From a virus (taxonomy: Duplodnaviria > Heunggongvirae > Uroviricota > Caudoviricetes), in IMG/VR virus record IMGVR_UViG_2645727593_000019: 36,464 nucleotides of DNA; one strand, given 5' to 3'. The translations under genes and the position numbers were made by a program. Below are positions 35,172 to 36,464 of this stretch, piece after piece. The notes under the pieces were generated by a model that ran no database searches, had not been told where the DNA came from, and worked only from the letters and a program-made list of their open reading frames with translations. The first letter of the stretch is position 1, and every line of letters begins with the position of its first letter.

Positions 35172-36464
<1,293 letters not shown>

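Overview
The window is almost entirely a P2-like (Peduovirus-type) prophage integrated in an enterobacterial chromosome, with its right end beside a complete seryl-tRNA synthetase gene (serS, 35172-36464, minus strand). attL lies outside the window; the integrase stop codon is at bases 1-3. The order is int, C repressor, early/lytic operons, rolling-circle replication gene A, an accessory island at the tin/old position, the cos region, then Q/P packaging genes, O-N-M-L capsid genes, a lysis cassette, R-S tail completion, V-W-J-I baseplate, tail fibre H with its chaperone, an invertible alternative fibre cassette with a serine invertase, the U-T-E-FII-FI tail block (inverted relative to P2), D, ogr, and a hok-like toxin at the junction with serS. 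Calls rest on my recollection of P2 protein sequences, on motifs visible in the translations, and on P2 synteny; no database search was run. The candidates most worth follow-up are a ParM/ParR partition-like pair with palindromic repeats and a structured-leader small gene in the tin/old hotspot, and an early operon ending in a small membrane protein plus an SPFH lipoprotein. No tRNA, rRNA, CRISPR array or IS element was found.
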